From assembly GCF_036365525.1 (NCBI RefSeq), contig NC_090395.1:65807326-65871325 (forward strand): a DNA stretch of 64,000 bases. The letters are read 5' to 3'. Positions 1-13,052 of the stretch are shown in pieces. The stretch comes from Heterodontus francisci (lineage: Eukaryota). The translations under genes were made by a program, and so were the position numbers. Position 1 is the stretch's first letter, and each line of letters begins with the position of its first letter. The notes below the pieces were generated by a model, which did no database searches, was not told the DNA's origin, and saw nothing but the letters and a program-made list of their open reading frames with translations.

Positions 1-252
1 CATATTCCCTACCACATCCCCACCTTCCCTCAATTCTCCTACCACCTACCTACACTAGGGGCAATTTACACCAGCCAATTTATCTATCAACCTGCAGGTC
101 TTTGGCTGTGGGAGGAAACCGGAGCACCCGGCGGAAACCCCCACAGTCACAGGGAGAACTTGTAAACTCCACACAGGCAGTACCCGGAACCGAACCCAGG
201 TCGCTGGAGCTGTGAGGCTGCAGTGCTAACCACTGCGCCACTCTGCTGCCCC
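1..252 (-). mobile_element. tRNA-derived SINE (HE1/V-SINE-like); 3' end runs off the window
   Basis: Reverse complement starts GGGGCAGCAGAGTGGCGCAGTGGTTAGCACTGCAGCCTCACAGCTCCAGCGACCTGGGTTCGGTTCC (A and B boxes), then GGGTGCTCCGGTTTCCTCCCACA; near-identical to copies at 21036, 53367, 54313 and 58120. Confidence 0.85.
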
Positions 253-254
253 AA

Positions 255-900
255 AGTGATCAGAGATGGCCTTATCTGTGGGAATACCAAAGCCACATGA
301 GTTGGCAAGGTCAAGGAGGTGGCAATGAGTATGGGCTGTGGAGTTTACAAGGAGGGGGAGATTAAAGGAGGATAGGAGGCCAGTGATCTCAGAGGAGAGA
401 GATCATGATGAATTAAGATGGAGGTTAAAATCACCGAGGATGAGAAGTCACTCGGTGCAGAGGCTGAGGGGGGAAAGCAGTGAAGATATTTCAGTGGGAA
501 ATGTTTTATAGTACTTGGGTGGACAGCAGAATATGAGGATTTTAAATGAAAGGCAAGCAGGGTACATTAAGGTGAGATGCTCAAAGGAGGAGAAAGTGCC
601 CAAGAGTAGGGGGTCAGGCCTAGGTGTGATCTGGTGGCAAAAGCCACACTGCCACTGTGACGGCCTGGGTGGGCCAAGTGGTGGAAGGTATAGCCAGACA
701 GGGAGGCTTCATTTAGGGGAAGGTATCATCACCTTTTAGCCAGGTTTCCAGCAAGGCCATGATGTTGATGCAATCATCCGCAATAAGTTCATGGATGGTA
801 AGGGCCTTGTTCACAAGTGACCAGCCATTCTGGAGAGAGATGCGGAGAGGAGCAGTGAGAGCTGGCCCACTGGCAGAGTCCACAGGGTCAGTAATGGGAG
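255..900 (-). mobile_element. Degraded LINE (L2-like) AP-endonuclease fragment
   Basis: Minus-strand translation gives ISLQNGWSLVNKALTIHELIADDCINIMALLETWL (EN N-terminal motifs) and further on LLILGDFNLHL. Confidence 0.7.
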
Positions 901-1669
901 GATTGGCATTTTCCCCCCATTGGAAATGCAAGGCCACCAAGTCAATCAGGGAGCTGGTTTTCTAGGAGGTGACAGAGGTCTATCACCAACTGACATGACA
1001 ACCTCAGGCTGCAGAAGCACTGCTCTTCCAAGAAGTCAAAGAAACTAAAACCCTGCCTGTAAACATGGGTAGTGACTACTTCGAACTCAACCCCTCTGCT
1101 GCTCCCCTCACCGCTTAATATCAGCAGGTCTCTCCACAGTTGCTGCTGCTGATGGTCATCTTGTTCCTCGTTTGAGGTCCAATCTAAGGCAGCCAGGGCC
1201 CCACACTGATTTGAGTCTCAATATCTCCAAAATGCAGAAACTACGTATTCACCACAGTACTCTGAACAAACCCTTTCCCAGTGATCAGGGGAAAAAAGCA
1301 GCAGTGAGCACTGAGTATTTATTGCTATAATTACCTGATTTTTAATGAGCCCCATGAATGGTCATTGTGATCTCACTTTGGTTTCAATGGCGAGTTTCAG
1401 GAAGCCAGGTAAACCTATGGATACATTGTTAATTAAAAATGAAAATTGAAATAGCACTAGAATTGAGTGATTAAGATATTTAAATTGCTTGCCTGCCTCT
1501 CTGGAGGGAATGTGTGCAACCAGCCAAATTCACCCAAGTTAAACTGGGAAGTCAGTGTGTTGGAGCTGAATTTCAGATGCAAATGTATTTTTGGCCACTT
1601 TAACTCCCTACACCCACCTAAACCCACATGGTGTTGGCAGGTGAACTGACCATCAATGTTCAACTTCTC

Positions 1670-2020
1670 CTAAGATATTTAAAAGATACAGTATCTCAGA
1701 AAGAGAGAAGCTATTTCCTTTGCTGGGGGTGTCCAGAACAATGAGGCACAACCTCAAAATTAGAGCTAGGCCACTCAGGAGTGATGTCAGGAAGAATATC
1801 TTCACACAAAGGATTGGGGAAACCAAGAACTTTCTCCCCGAAAAAGCTGTTGAAGCTGGGGGTTCAATTGGAAATTTCAAAACTGAGTTTGACAGATTTT
1901 CGTTAGGTAAGGGTATTAAGGATTCTGCAACTAAGGTGGGTAGATAGAATTAAGATACAAATCAATCATGATTTAATTGATCACAGGCTCAAAGGGCTTA
2001 ATTGCCTACCCCTATTTCTA
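1670..2020 (+). mobile_element. CR1 LINE 3' fragment
   Basis: Translates as SRTMRHNLKIRARPLRSDVRKNIFTQRI...LPEKAVEAG..FKTEFDRF, the typical CR1 ORF2 C-terminus. Confidence 0.75.
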
Positions 2021-3115
2021 GGTAATGGACCTCCTGGTAATTTTTTAATGGATTTGGGCATGTGAGTATAAAAGTGGTCAAAGACAGGCTCGTAAGCAGA
2101 TAGACTGTCCAATCACCATGCCAATTTTGGCCTATTCTGTTTCTATGCCACAGAAACGGACAGTTCCAGAGAGGCAGATCAGTGATTGGAATATTTAGTG
2201 AGGCTCCATTCCTCAGATTTGGGAGCCATTTGAATTGAATGGCTCTAGGCCAGGTTTCTAGGGCTCAGGAAACCAGGCTGCTGAAGGGAGGCTGATGCTG
2301 ACGGGAGGAATAGTTAAATCTGTTACCAGCACTTGCTTGTGGGCCAGGAGTTGTAGAAGTGCTTCCCACCCATCCCCCCAAGAAAACGTTTCTCCCTCCC
2401 CATAATCGGCCAAATTGTGCCCGCCCCCGGAACCCCACCAGCGATTGGCCAACACCCCATCCCCAGCAATCTCACTCTCTCTCCCTCCCTCCTTACTTCC
2501 ATGCTCTGAGCCTGCACCTTCTCAATCTAGCCCATTGCTGGGTGGGAAATGGAGTAAACGAATTCTAGGTTCTGCCCTTAAATTTGCGTCGACCTCAACC
2601 TCCACAGCATTTCTGTGTTTCCCAACCATACACATGCTCCCTCCCAGCCTCCCTGTAAATTTCAGGACATAAAGATTAATTTTCAGCAGCAGACACTGGA
2701 AACAATCATAATTACACTCCCCATCTAGAGCCACAAAATATGTAACAGATATCTATAAATGTTTTGCTCTCATTTTCTGCCGGATTTCTCCAATTAGTTC
2801 ATGTTCGACAATCAAACAATTAAACAGCATTGGAGGCTAGCCACCTGCTACTTAGAGAATTTTTTAGTCCTGATTTTCATATTGACACATCCTCAGTATC
2901 ATTGCTGTCCTGATCTGCAGCCCTGCTATGTTCTGATACAATGGCAGACATCGTGGTCCAGGCTGCTACGAGGATGGAGAGATATGGAGAGGTAGATGTG
3001 CTGGTGAGATTCCAACATGACAGGTCCTGCCTAAGATACAAAAGTGCTGAAAATTGGAGAGTATTTGATTTTTAGATGCTCAGTCAGTATCTGAATGTTT
3101 GTTTCTTTCCCACAG

Positions 3116-3438
3116 AATCGTATCTGTTCCTGTACTTGGATTTTTATCACCACCAAATGTCACATATTCTGGGGGCTCAGTGTCCGTCTCCTGTGAGTCT
3201 GTCCGGGGATCCCTTCCCATTCGGTACACATGGCATGAAAAGACCCCGTCTGAAGATTCAAAGATCTCTGACACCAATAAACTGGATCTACATTGTCAAT
3301 CCTTCAAACAGCAACATCATCAATATTACTGCACAGCCTCGAATAATCAGGGGAGAAAATCCAGTGAAATTGTTCATGTGTCAGTCTTCAACAGATCGGG
3401 ATTGAATTGCAGTTATGTGACGCAAATCAGCAGCATTG
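3116..3438 (+). pseudogene. Gene A: duplicated C2-type Ig exon with a 1-nt deletion (frameshifted pseudo-exon or assembly error)
   Basis: Acceptor tttcccacag|3116 and donor 3438|gtaagt. Length is 323 nt versus 324 nt for the paralog at 38325 (AATCGTA vs AATCCGTG). Ig frame: SVPVLGFLSPPNVTYSGGSVSVSCESVRGSLPIRYTW...QYYCTASN. Phase-1 entry reads ESYLFLYLDF... to a TGA at 3403-3405. Confidence 0.8.
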
Positions 3439-3544
3439 GTAAGTGTTAGTGTAAGCAAACAATATGCTGAATGAATTAGTTTTAATTAATGTGTATTCAA
3501 ACTAGTTAAGTTCCTTTAGTCACTCCGAGAAACTGCAAAATAAA

Positions 3545-3825
3545 ATTGCATTTCTATAGCACCTTTCACAAGCTCAGGGTGTCCCAAAGTGCTTTACAGC
3601 CAATGAAAAGTGTAGACACTGTACTGTCTGAAACAGCAGCCAGTTTCTGCACAGCAAGCTCCCACAAACAGGAATGTAATAATAACCGGATAATCTGGTT
3701 TTTAGTGATTGCTGGTTGACAGAGAAATATTGGCCAGCAGGCTGGGGAGAACTCCCTTGCTCTTCTGTTAAATAGTGTCATATGAAATTTACAACCACCT
3801 GAGAGGGCAGACAGGATCTTCATTT
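3545..3825 (-). mobile_element. Deu-SINE (SacSINE1/AmnSINE1-like) 3' part
   Basis: Reverse complement matches the central and tail regions of the full-length copy at 63035-63505. Confidence 0.7.
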
Positions 3826-3849
3826 AGAGTCATAGGCTGAAGTTTATGG

Positions 3850-6155
3850 GTCCCCTCTATCTCCCTCAATCTCCTTCGTTGGAGAACAACACTAGCTTCT
3901 CCAAGCTTATGTTGGATCTAAAATCCCTCATCCCTGGAACTATTCTGGAAATCTTCTCTGCCCCTTCTCAAAGACCCTCACATCCTTCCTAAAGTGTGGT
4001 GACCAGAAGTGGACGCAATACTCCAGTTGTGGCATAGTGAGAGCTTTATAAAGGTTCAGCATAGCTTCCCTGCGTTTGTACTGAATATCTCTATTTATGA
4101 AGCCTAAGATCCCATATACCTTGCTGACTACTCTCTCAATATGTCCTGCCACCTTCAAAGATCTAGGCACATGAACCCCCAGGTCCCCCTATTCCTACAC
4201 ACTCTTTAGAACTGTGCCATTAAGTCTATATTGCCTCTCCCTATCCCTTCTGCCAAAATGCAACTCCTCACAATTCTCTGCATTAAATTCCATTTGCCAC
4301 ATGTCTGTCCATGCTGCCAGCCTATGCCCTGTTGCAGTCGACTGGTATCATACTCACTGTCTGCCACACTTCCAAGTTTGTATCATTGGCAAATTTTGAG
4401 ATTTTACTTGGTATGCCAATGAAAAAAGCAGTAGTCATGGCACTGAACCTTGGGAACACCAATGTCTACCATCCCGCAGTCTGAAAATAAACATGTACCA
4501 TGACTCGCTGTTCTCTGTCCTTAAGCCAATTTTTTATCCAAGCTGACACTGACCCTCATATTTCCTGAACCTCAGTTTTGGTAACCAGCTTTTTATGGGG
4601 TACTTTGTCAAATGCTTTCTTAAAATCCATATAGACAGCATCCATTGCATTCCCTTCATCAACCTGCATATTTATTTCATCAAAAATTCAATTAGATTAG
4701 GCAAGCATGATCTTCCTTTTACAAATCCATGTTTGCTCTCCTTAATTAACTCAAACCTCTCCAAGTGCCTGTTGATTTTTTCCCCTCATTATTGTTTTTA
4801 AAAGCTTACTCACCACTGATGTTAAACTCACTAATCTGTAGTCACTAGGACTGTCCTTACACCCTTTCTTGAATAACATTTGTAACTTTCCAATCCTCTG
4901 GCACTTCCCTGGGTATCTCGGGAAAATTGGAAGATTATAGCAAGCCCATCCACTATCTCCCCCGCCTCCAGACCCACTTTCCTTAGCGACCTGGGATGCA
5001 AGGCACCCAGAGCAGGCGACTTATCCACCCGAAGCATAGCTTGCTTTTCAAGGATATGCTGCCTATCAATTTTCACCCCATCCATTACCTCTACCATCTC
5101 CACTTCTACCAATATTTTGTCAGCATCCTCTTCCTTAGTAAACACCAATACCAAGTTCTCATTAAGTATTCTAGCCTTACCCTATGCTTCTAAGCATATA
5201 TCACTCTCTTCATCCCTCATAGGACCCAGCCTGCCTCTTACTACCTTCTTACTATTTATATGCCGGTGGAAGCAATTTGGGTTCCCTTCTATGTTAACAG
5301 CCATTCTATTAACATTGTCACACTTTGCCAGTCTTATATTCCTCTTCACTTCCCCTCTCAACTTATTGTATTTAGCCTGATTTTCGCTTAAAGAATTCAC
5401 CTGAAATGTATCATATACCCTCTTTTTTGTTTCATTACATTCTCTATTTCCCTTTTCATTCAAGGAGCCATGGCTTTGGTTCCCCTACCCTTCACCCTTG
5501 TTAAAATGTACTTAGCCTGGACTTGAAACATCTCCTCCTTAAAGATCATCTATTGTTCCAGTACTGTCAATCTTTGATTCCATTTTATCCTGGCTAGATC
5601 CCATCTCATCCCATTGAAGTTAGCCCTCTTCCAATTTAGAAGTTCTACTTTAGATCGTTCCTTGTTCTTCTCTATCACTGATCAAAACCTTGTGATATGA
5701 TGATCACTCTTACCCAAGTGTTCCCCCACAGACACTTGGTCCACTACCGAGCACCAGAACCAGAAATGCCTCCTTCCTAGTTGGACCGATAACATCCTGG
5801 TCAAGGAAGTTCTCCTGAACACATTTCAGAAATTCCTCCCCCTCCTTAGCCTTGACTCCAACATTATCCCAAATGATATTTGGGCAATTAACGTGCCCCC
5901 AATATCACCACTCTATAGTTCTTGAACACTCCTGTGATTTCCCTGCAGATTTGCTCCTTGATCTCTCTTTCACTATTTGAAGGGCTATAGAATACCCTTA
6001 GTAGTGTGATCATCCCCCTTTTGCTTTTCAACTTTAACCAAACAGCTTCTGTCTTTGCCCCCTCAAGGATATCCTCTCTTTCCAACTCTACAATGTCTTC
6101 CCGAATCAATGTTCCACCCATCTCCCATTTTCCGTTCCCTATCTTTTCTGAACAC
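3850..6155 (-). mobile_element. Degraded CR1 LINE ORF2 (EN to RT)
   Basis: Minus-strand ORF pieces: EAVWLKLKSKRGMITLLRVFYSP (EN), DKSPALGALHPR, and SLKVAGHIERVVSKVYGILGFI...LEYCVHFWSPH (RT C-terminal region); many frameshifts. Confidence 0.85.
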
Positions 6156-6158
6156 TTT

Positions 6159-6465
6159 GGCTGGAATTTTACGTGGCAGCGAAGACCCCACCGTCGGGGG
6201 AGAGCCCGCCTCCGCCAGGCCTGGAAGCCACACAACACTTTTACTTGGCCCAGACCCTGAATTGACCTCAGGTGGGATTTCCGTCCTTCTGAGGCAGGAT
6301 GTCCCACATCCAAGAGCTGCCAGCCAATCAGCACGCCTGCAGCTCTTCAGTCCCAGCTGCGCCGCTGGGAGCGAATTTAAATGCAGGACCTCCACCTTTG
6401 CGGCATTTCTGGGTTTCCCAGTCACACATGCACTTCCTCCCTGCCTTTCTATAAATTTCAAGGCC
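6159..6465. mobile_element. GC-rich Harbinger-type MITE / composite remnant
   Basis: Starts GGCTGGAATTTTAC and ends AAATTTCAAGGCC; contains GAGCTGCCAGCCAATCAG, shared with MITEs at 41814, 54971, 51290 and 62400. Confidence 0.55.
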
Positions 6466-6927
6466 AAAAGGCTTCTTTTCAGCTGAAGTTGCCTGGAACA
6501 AATCACAATTACACTCCCTATTTAAAACTACAATACATGAAACAGATAAGTGCCAATTCTTTGCCCTCATTTCCTGCTGGGATTTTCCAGGACTCTCTCC
6601 AACTCGTTCATGTTCAACAGTCAAACAATTAAACAACATTGGAGACTGGCTACATGCTACTAAGAGATGTTGTTAGCCTTGATTTCCATGTTGACACATC
6701 CTCAGTATCATTGCTACTGTCCTGATCTGCAGCCCTGCTATGTTCTGATACAATGGCAGACATGGTAGTTGAGGCTGCTCGGAGGATGGAGAGATATGGA
6801 GATGTAGATCTGCTGGTGAGATTCCAACATGGCAGGTCCTGGCCGAGATACAGAAGTGCTGACAATTGCAAAGTATTTGATTTTTAGATGTTCAGTCAAT
6901 ATCTGAATGTTTGTTTCTTTCCCACAG

Positions 6928-7245
6928 AATCTGTTCCTGTGCTTGTATTTTTATCACCACCAAATGTCTCCTGTTCTGGGGGTTCAGTGTCCGTCTCCTG
7001 TGAGTCTGTCCAGGGATCCCTTCCCATTCAGTACACATGGTATGAAAAGACCCCGTCTGAAGATTCAAAGATCTCTGACACCAATAAACTGGATCTACAT
7101 TGTCAATCCTTCACACAGAAACATCATCAATATTACTGCACAGCCTCAGATAATCAGGGAGAAAAATCCAGTGAAATGGTTAATGTGTCAGTCTTCAACA
7201 TATCGAGGACGAGCTGCAGTTATGTGACAATAATCAGGGGCATTG
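6928..7245 (+). CDS. Gene A exon: intact C2-type Ig domain (phase 1-1, 318 nt)
   Basis: tttcccacag|AATCTGTT...GGCATTG|gtaagt; encodes ESVPVLVFLSPPNVSCSGGSVSVSCESVQGSLPIQYTWYEK...LDLHC...QYYCTASDNQGEKSSEMVNVSVFN with the B-strand Cys, C-strand Trp and F-strand YYC. Confidence 0.9.
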
Positions 7246-8229
7246 GTAAGTGCTAGTTTAAACAAACAATGTGGTAAATGCACTTTTATAATTAATGTCT
7301 ATCCAAACTGGTCACTGGTTAAATTCGTCACTGAGAAAATGCAACAGGCCAAATTCACTCTATTTGGTTCCCTCAATAGTTAGAACAAGGCTATTTTTCA
7401 TGGAAAATATATCCCCCAAAACATGTGCAAAAATTACAGAAACTCCATTATTCCCATGAAATTAAAATGAAACTTGTTTGACTTTATAAACCGATATGCC
7501 TATTTCGAGCAGGTGGAGTTGTCAAATGCAACATCCAACTATTGTGCCCCAGTTTAGGAAAGATGTCAAGTGATAAGAGTGTGGAGGAGTAGAACTAAAA
7601 TAAAACCTGGGATGAGAGGTTTTAGTTATGAGGAGAGAAACATCAGAACAGAGGTTAAGTGAACTGCTGGATGTATTCAAAATTATTAGGGGCTTTGATG
7701 TGGTAAATTGGAACTAATTATTTCCACCAGCCAGTAGTGAGTCAGCAACTAGGCGGCATAAATTTGAGATCATCACCAAAAGGACAAAGGGGGAAGATAG
7801 GAAAATTTTATTGATGCAAATAGTTGTTAGGACATGGAAAGGCGGGCACGAATAAATGTCAGAAGCAAAATCAATAATAGCTTTGAAATGGGAAGCGAAA
7901 AGAAACACATTTAGCAGGGTATGGGGGAAAGGATAAGGCAATGGGATTAAGTGCGGAGCTCTTTCCAAGAGCCAGCACAAGATCATATTAAACACGCATC
8001 TGCTAATATTGGCAATGGTCATTTTCTGCATTATGGGGTCAGTTTTCTAAGCTTGCAGGAGCGATGGAAACCTCACCCTAGCGGCAGTGGATATTGCAAA
8101 ATCCCGTCAGCGATTTTCCACCCATTTAATTATAATGATCCATGTTGCTGTTGGGAAAGGATCCCTACCTCCAGCGAGCACTCAGATAACGAGCTCAGGT
8201 GTATTTTAATATATAACTAGCTTTAAAAT

Positions 8230-8790
8230 GTAAGAAATGACTTGCATTGACACAGCACCTTTCATGACCTCAGAACACTCCAAAGTGCTTCACAACCAAA
8301 TTTCCTTAATCCTTTGGATAAATCTCAAAAAACTATTTGAGAGAGTTAGTTTGGAGATTTTCCGTACACATGATACCAGGCAAACCAAACAGATGGTCAC
8401 CATGGAGATGAGTAACGAAAGTCTGAATTATATTCACTGTTGCAATGTTGTGGAAACACAGGATTTAATATATGTACAATAAAGTCCCACAAACAGCAAT
8501 AAAATAAACCACCAGATAACCTGCATTTTAGTGATGTTGGTTGAGGGATGAAAGTTTGCTAGGACACTCGGAGAACATTCCTATTCTTCTTTTAATAATA
8601 CCATGGGCACCCCTTTACATCTACATGACAGGACATATGGGTTCTCAGTTTACTATCTCATATAGACAACAACATCAACAACAGTGGACCACTACCTCAG
8701 TGCTGCACAGCCTGAAGTACATGCCTTCTGTGGGTCTTGAAACCACAACCAACTGCTTTCAAGGAAAATGTGCTACAAACTAAACCACCA
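8230..8790 (-). mobile_element. Degraded Deu-SINE
   Basis: Reverse complement resembles the 63035 SINE (tRNA head near 8790, tail near 8235), with an internal insertion. Confidence 0.55.
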
Positions 8791-9591
8791 CTGACACCTA
8801 CTGTAGTTTCTGTAGTTTCCAGGTGAAATTGCTTCCTACTGCTAATATTCTTCACTGACAGATAAAGCAAGTGGCCATATTGACATATGGCCAGAGTCAA
8901 TATTTGCATATGTAAATTTTCATGCACCACTGCTCAGGAGAAAATGCATTTCTCTCTGTTTTCTGACTGTTTTGATGTTTCTCAGTCCAACCAATTGTGA
9001 ACATGTTGCTTCTCACTCAGTGGAAAATTAAACTGCTGTATTAAAATAAGCTAAATTCCTCCTTAATTCAGAACCAATGTCATTGTTTTATGGTGATTGA
9101 GTAATTCAGTTTTTAGTAAATGGAATTCTGAGATTTTGACTGGCAATTTGGAATCATATAATGTTACAGCACAGAAGGAGGATATAATTCAGGATGATAC
9201 CACTGTCCAGCACTGAGATAGTGCTTGGCTGTTGGAGGTGCTGTTGTCTAGATGAGATGTTAAACTAAGGATCCACATGCTCCCTCACATAGATACAGTC
9301 ATAGAGTCATTTACAGTCAAGAAGGAGGCCATTTGGCCCAATGAGTCCATGCCACTTCTCCATGGAACAATCCAGTCAGTCCCACTTCCCTGTTTGACCC
9401 CTGCAGCCCTACAAGTTCATTTCCTTCAAGTGTACATCCAATTTCCTTTTGAAAGTATTGATTGTCACTGCTTCCACCACCCTCGTGGCGGGGAGTTCCC
9501 GGTCACTACCACGGCATAAAAAAGTTCTTCCTCACATTTTTCCTTTATCTCTTGCCCGAAACCTTCAATCTTTGTCCTCTAGTTCTTCTGC

Positions 9592-10752
9592 TATCACTCG
9601 ACATCAAGGCAGTATTTGACCGAGTATGGCATCAAGGAGCCCGAGCAAAACTGAGGTCAATGGGATTCAGCGGGAAAACCCTCCGCTAGCTGGAGTCATA
9701 CCTAGCACAAAGGAAGATGGTTGTGGTTGTTGGAGGTCAATCATCTGAGCTCCAGGACATCACTGCAGGAGTTCCTCAGAGTAGTTTCCTAAGCCCAACC
9801 ATCTTCAGCTGCTTCATCAATGACCTTCCCTCAATCATAAGGTCAGAAGTGGGGATGTTCGCTGATGATTGCACAATGTTCAGCACCATTCGTGACTCCT
9901 CAAATACTGAAGCAGTCCGTGTAGAAATGCAGCAAGACCTGGACAATATCCAGACTTGGGCTGATGAGTGGCAAGTAACATTCGTGCCACACAAGTGCCA
10001 GGCAATGACCATCTCCGACAAGAGAGAATCTAACCATCTCCCCTTGACATTCAATGGCATTACCATCGCTGAATTCCCCACTATCAACATCCTAGGGGCT
10101 ACCATTGACCAGAAACTGAACTGGAGTAGCCATATAAATACCGTGGCTACAAGAACAGGTCAGAGGCTAGGAATCCTGAGGCAAGTAACTCACCTCCTGT
10201 CTCCCCAATGCCTGTCCACCATCTACAAGGCACAAGTCAGGAGTGTGATGGAATACTCTCCACTTGCCTGGATGGATGCAGCTCCAACAACACTCAAGAA
10301 GCTCAACACTATCCAGGACAAAGCAGCCCACTTGATTGGCTCCCAATCTACAAACATTCACTCCCTTCACCACCGATGTACAGTGGCAGCAGTGTGTACC
10401 ATCTACAAGATGCACTGCAGCAATGCACCAAGGCTCCTTAGACAGCACCTTCCAAACCCGCAACCTCTACCAACTAGAAGGACAAGGGCAGCAAATGCAT
10501 GGGAACACCACCACCTGCAAGTTCCCCTCCAAGTCACACATCATCCTGACTTGGAACTATATCGCCGTTCCTTCACTGTCACTGGGTCAAAATCCTGGAA
10601 CTCCCTTCCTAACAGCACTGTGGGTGTACCTACCCCAAATGGACTGCAGCGGTTCAAGAAGGCAGTTCATCACCACCTTCTCAAGGGCAATTAGGGATGG
10701 GCAATAAATGCTGGCCTGGCCAACAACGCCCAAATCCCATGAATGAATAAGA
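9592..10752 (+). mobile_element. 5'-truncated LINE (CR1-group family B), RT plus 3' tail, inserted into a CR1 fragment
   Basis: ORF 9717-10694 (325 aa) has AGVPQ..LSPTIFSCFINDLP and MFADD, preceded by LDIKAVFDRVWH; tail CAATAAATGCTGGCC...CCCATGAATGAATAA is shared with 21480-21550 and 50440-50530. Confidence 0.9.
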
Positions 10753-10754
10753 AA

Positions 10755-11690
10755 AACTTAATGGGAACAGATTTTCCTTGTCTAACTTATCTAAGCTTGT
10801 CATAATCTTGTACATCTCTATCAAAACTCCCCTCAATCTCATTTGCTCCAAGAAGAACATGCCCAGTGTCTCCAACCTAACCTTGTAACCAAAATCCCTC
10901 ATCCCTGGAACTATTCCGGTAAATCTTCTCTGCAGTCTCTCAAGGACCCTCACATCCTTCCTAAAGTGTGGTGACCAGAACTGGATGCAATACTCTAGTT
11001 GGGGCCTAACCAGAGCTTAACTTCCCTATGCCTCTATTTATGAAGCCCAAGATCCCATATGCTTTTCTAACCATTCTCTCAATATGTCCTGCCACCTTCA
11101 AAGATTAATACACGTGCACCCAAAGGTTCTTCAGTTCCTTCACACTCTTTAGTACTGCGCCATTAAGTGTATCTCACCTCACCTTTCCCTTCTGCCAACA
11201 TGCATCACCTTACACTTGTCTGTATTAAATTCTATCTACCACTTGTCTGCCCATTCTGATAGCCTATCTATGTCCTGTTGCATGCAGTCCATATCATCCT
11301 CACTGTTTGCCACTCCTCTGTGTTTTGAATCATTGGCACATTTTGAAATTGTACTCTGTATTCCAAGATCCAAGTCATTTATATATAGCAAAAAAGGAAT
11401 GGTCTTAGAACATTACTGTCTATCATCCTCCAGTCTGAAAAACAACCATTTACCACGAAAACTTGCTATTTTCTGTCGTTAAGCCAATTTTTTTATCCAA
11501 TTGCAATTGATCCTCTTATTCCATGAGCCTCAATTTTGTTAACCAGCCTTTTATGTGGTACTTTATCAAATGCTTTTTTAAAATCCATATAGACAATATC
11601 CACCTCATTCCCTTCATCAACCTTCTCTGTTACTTCATCAAAAAAATTCAATTAGATTAATCAAGCATGATCTGCCTTTTAGAAATCTAA
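10755..11690 (-). mobile_element. CR1 LINE fragment (continues at about 9295-9590)
   Basis: Minus-strand RVLERLQRRFTGIVPGMRDFGYKVRLETLG...RLRGVLIEMYKIM; homologous to 3850-4740. Confidence 0.8.
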
Positions 11691-13052
11691 TGTAAAAGAT
11701 CCCATGGTATTGTTCAAAGAAGAATAGAGAAGTTCTTCTGGTGCCCTAGCAAGCATTCACCCCTCAACCAATGTCACTAAAATACAGATTAACTGACAAT
11801 TTATCTCATTACTGTTGGTGGATGTTTGCTGCATGCAGATTACCTTCTGTGTTTCCCTGCATTATAACAGTGAATATACTTCAGATTGTTATTCTTCATC
11901 TCCATAGTGACGATCTGTTTGGTTTATCTGTTACCTTGTGTACAGAAAACCTCCATAGTAACTCTCTCTTAAACAAACAGCCTGTTTAGATTTATGCACC
12001 CATTGGATTAAGGGAATTCGGCTGTGAGGCACTTTGGAATATCCTGAGGTCATGAAAGGTGTTGGGTCAATAATACTGCAAGATCAGAAAATCAGCCCCA
12101 AGAGCTGGAAATGACCATTGACAATTTTAGCAGTTGACTGTTTAATATGATCATGTGATAGTAATAATATTATGTTAACAGCCAAATGCCGTACAAATTT
12201 TCACTGCTTGTCCAGTATTATTCAACAACAGTGATTATTAACCGAAATTTCCCAAACACTTAATCCTCAGCTGACATTGCTTTTCCACTGCGGATAGCTC
12301 TCCAGGACAAAATCGTGGTTTCCAGGCCCCCAGAAATACAGTTCCAGTGCTGGTAGGGGGCCGCTCTCTGCCTGGAACTTTCTTTATGTTTGTATGGAGG
12401 AAAAAAGTGATATCTGGATTTTAGTTCATCAACCTGAGCCTTTTAACTGCCCCTATAGTAACTTTGTATTACCAACATTCAGATATGTGGATGAAACAGA
12501 ATTAATCAGGAAAAATGGGTCATTGGCAGGTGTCAGCAGAATCTCTCCTTGATACCAGAGAGGGGGAAATTACATAAAACTTAAACCATCCAAATCCATT
12601 ATACTAACCAAAGTTCCATTTGAGAAGAGTGCTGAATTGCTTGACTGCACGGGAGAGAAACAGGTGAATAGAGTCATAGAGTCATACAGCACAGAAACAG
12701 GCCCTTCGGCCCATCATATCCATGCCAGACATCAAGCACCTATCTATTCTAATCCCATTTTCCAGCACTTGGCCCGTAGCCTTGGCGTTTCAAGTGCTCA
12801 TCTAAATACTTCTTAAATGTAGTGAGGGTTCCTGCCTCTACCACCCCTTCAGGCAGTGTGTTCCAGATTCCAACCACCTTTGGGTGAAATTTCTTTTCCT
12901 CAAATCCCCTCTAAACCTTCTGCCCCTTACCTTAAATCTACGCCCCCTGGTTATTGACCCCACCGCGAAGGGAAAAAGTTTCTTCCTATCTAACCTATCT
13001 GTGCCCCTCACAATTTTGTATGAATCTAAATGTTGTCCCCTTGTCTCAATAG

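Noticed and set aside
6650-6871. Minus-strand ORF in the block conserved upstream of each C2 exon
   Set aside because: Not kept as a long ORF in the two paralogous blocks; conservation is explained by segmental duplication.
6907-7227. Overlapping alternative frame open across all three C2 exons (FYHHQMS...)
   Set aside because: Explained by recent duplication of near-identical exons; no recognisable domain and no splice phase supports it, except through the frameshift in copy 1.
9717-10694. Long RT ORFs (also 21654-22841 and 55804-56781) as host or domesticated genes
   Set aside because: All are 5'-truncated retroelement copies with tails and near-identical sibling copies in the window.
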